Assembly (NCBI GenBank): GCA_964016885.1
Contig: OZ024761.1
Span: forward strand, 15,128,001 to 15,192,000
DNA from: Eledone cirrhosa
Taxonomy: Eukaryota
Direction: 5' to 3'
DNA: 64,000 bases
Shown: piece by piece, positions 55,073-64,000 of the stretch
How the letters are laid out: every line of letters begins with the position of its first letter
Numbering within the stretch: the first letter of the stretch is position 1
Translations under genes and position numbers: made by a program
The notes under the pieces: generated by a model
Databases searched by the model: none
Told to the model about the DNA's origin: nothing
The model's input: only the letters and a program-made list of their open reading frames with translations

Positions 55073-58000
55073 CAGTAAACCCCTATATTCGCGGAATATT
55101 CCTTAGAACCTAAGTAATAATTATATATATATATATAGAGAGAAAGAAATAAACACACAGATATATATATATATACACACATATATATCTATATATGTGT
55201 GTATGTATACATATGTTTATGTATATATATAAGTATTTATATGTATATATACATTTATACATATATATATATACATACACACACACACACATATTTATAT
55301 GTACACACACACACATATATACTGTGCCAATCTATTGAGTACATTGTATTTATTGTGGTTTCTCTCCGACGCGACCTGTGAATCTACACACACATATATT
55401 AGAAGATGTAAGACGAGTCGCACCCAAAGTATGACATTTGGGTGCTGTTTCTAGCAGGTTTAGAATTTACTATTTTCCAAACAGAATTCTGTTTTACACC
55501 CCCTCACTCTGAACTCGATTTCAAATTACCGGGTAGTTTGTTGAAGCACGGTTCAACTGAAATATCTACACCGGTAACTTAATTAGTGTTACACCGGTAT
55601 ACCTGAGGCATAAACTATTTGGCATTCTTCGAAGGAGGTACTGGTTTTTTCGCTGTCTTAAATGGAGTATATACGCACACACATAAATTAATGTTTATCT
55701 CTGTACAAAGAGATTAACATCATTTCTTAAATTATTACTTAGGGTTTTACAACAAAACGTATTGTATGTGTAATTATACATACATTGAATTTAAGTATTT
55801 ATTTTTTAATTTTACATACATTTTAGTAGTATATATGTATATATTCATTTGTGTGTGCGTTAATTTCGTGGGTAACTGCAGTTAACGTTCGTCTCGTGTT
55901 GGGTTTTATTACAGAGTTAAAGTGACTGTAGAATGTGAATAAAAAAGTAAGAAAGATCGAAAACACTGTTGCTGTATATATATATAAATTTTATTGGCAC
56001 ATTAAAATTGTTTCAATATTGATAGTTCGGAGTACAATCATAATATGTATATATTTTTCACATGAAATCAATATTCAAACTGACCCCAGTGTGTTTATTT
56101 TAAAGCGACGAAATTCTACCTCCCAGGGATTTGAACACAGTTTCATGTTACTGGGTGGTACGATGAAGCAGAGAGAGAGTATAAAATCGCTACACTGGTG
56201 GCATATTTAGTGTTTCACCGGTTTTCTTATAACAACACACTGGATACGACGTGCATGAGAGAGGTAAAGTTTTATTTGTCTTCCGTGTTAGAGTATAACT
56301 GTAGTTTGACTTGTTAAATTTATAGTATATGTTTGTTATATATATTCTTAACTATGCAACGATAGCATCTCAGTCACTAATTTCATCTCTTTGGAGGTTA
56401 CTGCTCTGATGTCATCTCTTCCACTAAGACACTCTCCATAGCCTTGCCTCTCCTCGTAACATCACCCAAAGTTGTATCAATCTCCACAAAGCCAACACTT
56501 CTCATTATCTCTCAGAAAGCCACCTTAAGCAAGTGTTTCGACGTGTGTGTGTGTGTAGAATAAACGCAAGGTTTGACGGAACAAGTAAATAAAAAATATT
56601 CCTTCTAATATATATATCTTGTACATTGTATTATATTAAGGTGTTTCTGTAAATTAAAAACAATGAAAGTGACACCTAAATTTAACGTCACTTTGATATT
56701 AACAGACATTCTTCATCTTCATAGTAAGTTCAATCAAGGGTTTACTACTTAGTGTATTTATGTGTCTTTGTCTCATCTCCAAATAAAGTTTTAAATGGTA
56801 TGGCAACGTGTTGAAGTGAATCACGCTTATTTATATGCTGACTGTGTTACGACTAGAAAGAGAAAAATAAAGCTTTAAATGGTATGACTACGTGTTCAAA
56901 TCAATCAAATTCCTTACAGTGTGAGGATAAAAAAAGTTAATGTTTTAAGTTGATTCGAAATCCAACCACGGCATTCCCCAGTCCTATGTCTTACCACTAG
57001 ACTATAAAGACTTAAGTGATTTTCTTTTGAATATTTACATATATAAACTTATTTTTAGTCTAATAATAAAATAGCTTTAAATGTGTTTATTTTCACTCCG
57101 TATTTGTTGGTCTGTAGGTGGCCGTGTGGGTAGTTGTGGTGTATCTATGCATCAATTCAGTGTGTATAGATTTGCAGATAGGGTTTCGATCTTCTACTTT
57201 ATCTTAAATATAAAACATTTTTATTTTTTTTATTTTAAATATTGGTCTCTATCTTCTGGGCTACCCGGGGCCACGATCATCTCGAAGCCACCCTTCTAGT
57301 TCCCCCTCCGCTCGAACCTACACTACCACCACTTTACCAGACGCCCGCCAAGCGGCCGTAATTCTACTGTGCAAATTTCATATATTTAAATCTATTTTAG
57401 CATTTCTTTAATAAAGAACCACATACGATGTTTGACATAATTGAAAAGAGAAAAATATTCTTTTACTATTTCATAAGCTCTGGCAGGTATCGAACACCTC
57501 ATATTTTACTTACGTCCAAAACGCAAACATGTATATATAATAATAATTTTTTGATAACTTTACAGTGAGAAAATACATTTATCGATAGGGTTTCCAATCT
57601 CAGAAATATCTCCACTAGAGATGTGTGTGTGTATATATCTTTATTATTCCTTTGAAAAGTAGTTTTAATTAAACATTTTTATATATTTCACTATTTCCAA
57701 AGTCCTGGCAGATATTGCAACTCCATCTGTAGATTCATGTAAATACATTGTATTTGACTTACATGAAATTAAATATATAATTTGTTTTTAAATTTTGTTT
57801 TCAAGTACCAAAATATAAACAAATTAGTCAGGTTTTCAGTCTCTTAAATGCATGGTTGTTATAGATACTTAACTGTTGTTGTAGGGCTGTCGTATTTACC
57901 GTCATGTGTACATTTAAATCTGACCGAGTCAATCCTCCCATCCGCCTGGTCTAAAAACAGCCTATTTATTTTACAGGAGAGAAAGCGAGATACCTTTCTT

Positions 58001-60502
58001 ATGCCTTTAAACGTTAATTTTGCACTTGACTTAAAATTCTTTTTCCTTCCCTTTAGATTGAATAAACAAAAATATTTTACGTCTACACTTATATTCAACA
58101 TAACTCATGTCAGTCTTCACAAGTTTTTGCTACATCTGATTCAAGCTGTTATGGCTTTGGGAGGAAAGTAATCACAAAGTAAAGTATCCAGCTAAGAATT
58201 TATTCCGTAGTACGTGTCATAAGAAAGATTTGTAGTTCTAAGAAACCTAACAAATATATTTCAAATTTATCGGCAATTAAACAAAACTTAAAAATAAGCA
58301 ATACTAAAGCCACAAACGTTTTTCTATCTACGTCTCTCCTGAAGAAAAAAACAAAAACAAAACCGCTCGAATTATTACGAGGAGTGTAAACAGAAGAATA
58401 TAGCTAATAAACAATTAATTTATGTATATGCATGTATGTATTGTGTGTAAACATACTGTAAGACAGACAGGCTCTAAGGAAAACATAACATTACCGTTTC
58501 TGAACACATTTCAGAGTCATACTAACTAAATTTATTTTAGCATTTCTTTAATAAAGAACAACTCATGGTATTTGACATAAATGGTAAAAAAATAAAAAAA
58601 TAAATTATTTTACTATTTCATACGCTCTGGCAGATATTGAAATCCTATCTCTAGATTCGTTTAAATACATTATATTGGACTTACTTGAATTTAAAACTGA
58701 TGAAATTATTTAAAAAACTTTTGTACCAAAATAAAAATACACTATCAAGGTTTTTAGTCTCATAAATGCGTGGTGGTTATAGACATTTAACTGTTGTTGT
58801 AGGGGTGCCGTAATTACCGTCATGTGGGCATTTAAACCTGACAGATCAATCCTCCCCTCCTCCAGGTCTAAAAACAGCTGATTTATTTTGCCAGAGAGAA
58901 AGAGAAATACTTTTCTCGTCTTTAAACGTTAATTTTGCACTTTTCTTATAATTCCTTTTTCTTCTGTTATGTTGAATATAATTGTTGAGGTTTGTTCAAT
59001 CTAACTCATATTAATCTCCACAGTCAAGTACCTGTTTTTACTATATCTGCTTCAAGCTGTTATAGGTGGGATAAGGCAGTACAACCGAAAATAAAATGTC
59101 ACTTTAAGGATTCACTCGTAGAAAGTGTCAAAAGAAGGGACACTGATATAAGGTTTGTAGGCCTAAGCAACCTAAGAAATAGATTTTAAAGTTATCGGCA
59201 GTTAAACAAAACTTATAAATAGGCAATAATTTAGACAATTCAGTAGACCACTTAACTTTATTAATAATCAGAAAACAAGGCCACTTATTGACAATAGACC
59301 AGACAAAACATTTAACAAGAATTACTACAACGATGGTGCGAGAAGATCGTGGTTTCTAAATCAGAGAATGTTTCTTTAACAAACACAAGCATATAAAAAG
59401 TAGAGGGGATATTGACAGTGCATAGAACTAGGAAATAACTTCTATCAAATAGATTTTCTAGTGGCTAAGAACTTAGTAGCTCCAGTTATAATTGCGTTAC
59501 ACATGTTCAGTAAGTATTTTTCTATTGAAATCAAACTTAAAGGTATACTAAAGCCACAAACGTTTTCATATATATGTTTCATCTAAAGTCAAAAACGTAA
59601 GAATTATTACAAGCAGTGTAAACACGAATTAAAGCTAATACATGTACCAAGAAGGCTACCTCAAGATTTGCAATTCATTCAAGAAGAAATCAAACTTATG
59701 CATATGTCGACGACATAATTATGGCTAGAGAGGACATGAAGAATCTACAACTAGGTGGAAGACAAGAGAAACGACCATACTACCTGAAATATTATATATT
59801 ATGATAGTAAATATTTCTTATACTGTCATGTTTTTTCTTTAAAACGTTTGCATCTCAATAAAGTGGAGAAAACTATTATATACTGTTGTTATATCATTAT
59901 ACTTTAGTTTAAACTTATTTCTATCTCTTCACATTAGAAAGAATAAAAACTTAGTAAAATCCTATATGTGTATAAATATAATATATGTCAGTGTGTTTGT
60001 AAGTATATAATAATAATATGCATGTTGACAAAGAGTTGTAAAAACCAAGCAAGTCAACCTACAGTTCTACACTAACAGAGACGGCATAGAAAACGTTACC
60101 TCTTACAAGCGAATGCGAAAAGAGATTATTTCAAAAATACCGGTGTAACACTAAATATATTACCGGTGCAACTATTTCAGTTTACCCTTTTATAAACTCA
60201 CTCCAGTCATTTCAAATCGTGTTCAGAGTACCGACAGTAAGAAAAAAATAAAGCGTTTGCGAAGTTTCTAAATCTGCTAAAAATGACAGCTAAATCTCTC
60301 ACTCTGTCTCCAATGTGTAATAAACCGTGACTCATAGAAATATATATATTTGTATGTATGTATGTGTGTATAAATATATGTGTATATACCTAAGAATGTA
60401 CACACACACACACACACACACGTCTATGTATATATATATATATGTATACATACATGCATATATATATATATATGTATATATATGTATACATATCTACATA
60501 CA

Positions 60503-60555
<53 letters not shown>

Positions 60556-60560
60556 GTGTG

Positions 60561-60595
<35 letters not shown>

Positions 60596-60961
60596 GTACA
60601 TATATGTGTAAATATGTATATATATTAGTGTATATATATTGCAATGTATATGCATACTCGTATAATTATACTCTATATTATTAGTCGATATATCCATATA
60701 CAATTACCCCTCCCCCGGCATTCGTGGGGTTTACAGTCCTAGAGAACCCGAGAACAGTGAAAAACCGCGAATATTGTAGGTGGTCCATAGAAATGCCTAT
60801 AAACCTCAAAATACAACGTAAAATATAATAAAAATCGAGTGAGCGTCTTATGCGTCCAATAGGCCAACAAATACAATATATTATTGTTAATAATCTAGCG
60901 TTAAAACAATATATATTGTCACAAAAAAGGCATATATATACATATATTGTTTTGACTGCTA

Positions 60962-61308
60962 TTTCTAGCATACACTAGAAAAAACCGGAAGTGGAGAAAA
61001 TTGAAAAACTTCTTCTTTTTCCCTCCTCTAACTTTTCAAACAAAAGAAAATTTTATGTAAACAAAAACGAAATTTTTGCCAAGAAAGATAACTCTTCTCT
61101 GACTTAAATCCAAAATTGGGATACAAAAAATTGCGGAATTTATTTTGTATCCCAATTTTGGATTTAAGTCAGAGAAGAGTTATCTTTCTTGGCAAAAATT
61201 TCGTTTTTGTTTACATAAAATTTCCTTTTGTTCGAAAAGTTAGAGGAGGGAAAAAGAAGAAGTTTTTCAATTTTCTACCCTTCCGGTTTTTCTTTTTTAT
61301 GCTAGAAA
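60962..61308. repeat. Long palindrome, unit 10
   Basis: Matches the unit 8 copy. Confidence 0.98.
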
Positions 61309-61340
61309 GAACAGTGAAAGTAATATATATGTATATACAT

Positions 61341-61395
<55 letters not shown>

Positions 61396-64000
61396 AAGAG
61401 AGAGAGAGAGAGACAGTAAACCCCTATATTCGCGGAATATTCCTTAGAACCTAAGTAATAATTATATATATATATATATAGAGAAAGAAATAAACACACA
61501 GATATATATATATACACACATATATATCTATATATGTGTGTATGTATACATATGTTTATGTATATATATAAGTATTTATATATATATATACATTTATACA
61601 TATATATATATACACACACACATATTTATATGTACACACACACACATATATACTGTGCCAATCTATTGAGTACATTGTATTTATTGTGGTTTCTCTCCGA
61701 CGCGACCTGTGAATCTACACACACATATATTAGAAGATGTAAGACGAGTCGCACCCAAAGTATGACATTTGGGTGCTGTTTCTAGCAGGTTTAGAATTTA
61801 CTATTTTCCAAACAGAATTCTGTTTTACACCCCTCACTCTAAACTCGATTTCAAATTACCGGGTAGTTTGTTGAAGCACGGTTCAACTGAAATATCTACA
61901 CCGGTAACTTAATTAGTGTTACACCGGTATACCTGAGGCATAAACTATTTGGCATTCTTCGAAGGAGGTACTGGTTTTTTCGCTGTCTTAAATGGAGTAT
62001 ATACGCACACACATAAATTAATGTTTATCTCTGTACAAAGAGATTAACATCATTTCTTAAATTATTACTTAGGGTTTTACAACAAAACGTATTGTATGTG
62101 TAATTATACATACATTGAATTTAAGTATTTATTTTTTAATTTTACATACATTTTAGTAGTATATATGTATATATTCATTTGTGTGTGCGTTCATTTCGTG
62201 GGTAACTGCAGTTAACGTTCGTCTCGTGTTGGGTTTTATTACAGAGTTAGAGTGACTGTAGAATGTGAATAAAAAAGTAAGAAAGATCGAAAACACTGTT
62301 GCTGTATATATATATATATATAAATTTTATTGGCACATTAAAATTGTTTCAATATTGATAGTTCGGAGTACAATCATAATATGTATATATTTTTCACATG
62401 AAATCAATATTCAAACTGACCCCAGTGTGTTTATTTTAAAGCGACGAAATTCTACCTCCCAGGGATTTGAACACAGTTTCATGTTACTGGGTGGTACGAT
62501 GAAGCAGAGAGAGAGTATAAAATCGCTACACTGGTGGCATATTTAGTGTTTCACCGGTTTTCTTATAACAACACACTGGATACGACGTGCATGAGAGAGG
62601 TAAAGTTTTATTTGTCTTCCGTGTTAGAGTATAACTGTAGTTTGACTTGTTAAATTTATAGTATATGTTTGTTATATATATTCTTAACTATGCAATGATA
62701 GCATCTCAGTCACTAATTTCATCTCTTTGGAGGTTACTGCTCTGATGTCATCTCTTCCACTAAGACACTCTCCATAGCCTTGCCTCTCCTCGTAACATCA
62801 CCCAAAGTTGTATCAATCTCCACAAAGCCAACACTTCTCATTATCTCTAAGAAAGCCACCTTAAGCAAGTGTTTCGACGTGTGTGTGTGTGTAGAATAAA
62901 CGCAAGGTTTGACGGAACAAGAAAATAAAAAATATTCCTTCTAATATATATATCTTGTACATTGTATTATATTAAGGTGTTTCTGTAAATTAAAAACAAT
63001 GAAAGTGACACCTAAATTTAACGTCACTTTGATATTAACAGACATTCTTCATCTTCATAGTAAGTTCAATCAAGGGTTTACTACTTAGTGTATTTATGTG
63101 TCTTTGTCTCATCTCCAAATAAAGTTTTAAATGGTATGGCAACGTGTTGAAGTGAATCACGCTTATTTATATGCTGACTGTGTTACGACTAGAAAGAGAA
63201 AAATAAAGCTTTAAATGGTATGACTACGTGTTCAAATCAATCAAATTCCTTACAGTGTGAGGAAAAAAAAAGTTAATGTTTTAAGTTGATTCGAAATCCA
63301 ACCACGGCATTCCCCAGTCCTATGTCTTACCACTAGACTATAAAGACTTAAGTGATTTTCTTTTGAATATTTACATATATAAACTTATTTTTATTCTAAT
63401 AATAAAATAGCTTTAAATGTGTTTATTTTCACTCCGTATTTGTTGGTCTGTAGGTGGCCGTGTGGGTAGTTGTGGTGTATCTATGCATCAATTCAGTGTG
63501 TATAGATTTGCAGATAGGGTTTCGATCTTCTACTTTATCTTAAATATAAAACATTTTTATTTTAAATATTGGTCTCTATCTTCTGGGCTACCCGGGGCCA
63601 CGATCATCTCGAAGCCACCCTTCTAGTTCCCCCTCCGCTCGAACCTACACTACCACCACTTTACCAGACGCCCGCCAAGCGGCCGTAATTCTACTGTGCA
63701 AATTTCATATATTTAAATCTATTTTAGCATTTCTTTAATAAAGAACCACATACGATGTTTGACATAATTGAAAAGAGAAAAATATTCTTTTACTATTTCA
63801 TAAGCTCTGGCAGGTATCGAACACCTCATATTTTACTTACGTCCAAAACGCAAACATGTATATATAATAATAATTTTTTGATAACTTTACAGTGAGAAAA
63901 TACATTTATCGATAGGGTTTCCAATCTCAGAAATATCTCCACTAGAGATGTGTGTGTGTATATATCTTTATTATTCCTTTGAAAAGTAGTTTTAATTAAA

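Larger units (their letters stand above)
45310..64000 (+). repeat. Higher-order 12,620-bp duplication (45310-51380 matches 57930-64000)
   Basis: Units 8 and 10 are both 6336 bp and share private variants and microsatellite lengths. The starts of units 9 and 11 also match. ORF coordinates are offset by exactly 12620. Confidence 0.92.

Overview
The whole window is one head-to-tail tandem array (macrosatellite or segmental duplication) of ten complete ~6.3-kb units plus the start of an eleventh. Unit starts are 1, 6282, 12562, 19006, 25407, 31757, 38130, 44439, 50775, 57059 and 63395. The DNA is AT-rich, microsatellite-rich animal DNA; the polymorphic tRNA-derived SINE points to a mollusc, probably an octopus (inference). 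No intact protein-coding ORF is supportable, and the listed ORFs are microsatellite or chance translations. Each unit has a defined internal architecture: (i) a ~310-bp Helitron-like element at the junction; (ii) an internally duplicated minus-strand segment with a chain of very short, splice-site-bounded putative exons (25, 50/51 and 12 nt); (iii) three paralogous ~200-300-bp promoter/first-exon-like modules ending in GAG|GT, one on the minus strand and two on the plus strand, arranged divergently; (iv) between them, a ~347-bp near-perfect palindrome flanked by microsatellites and pogo/Tigger-like TIR fragments; (v) a decayed tRNA-like sequence. Units are mosaics of shared indels and SINE insertions, and there is a recent 12.62-kb higher-order duplication. 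Features given for unit 1 recur in every unit unless stated otherwise.
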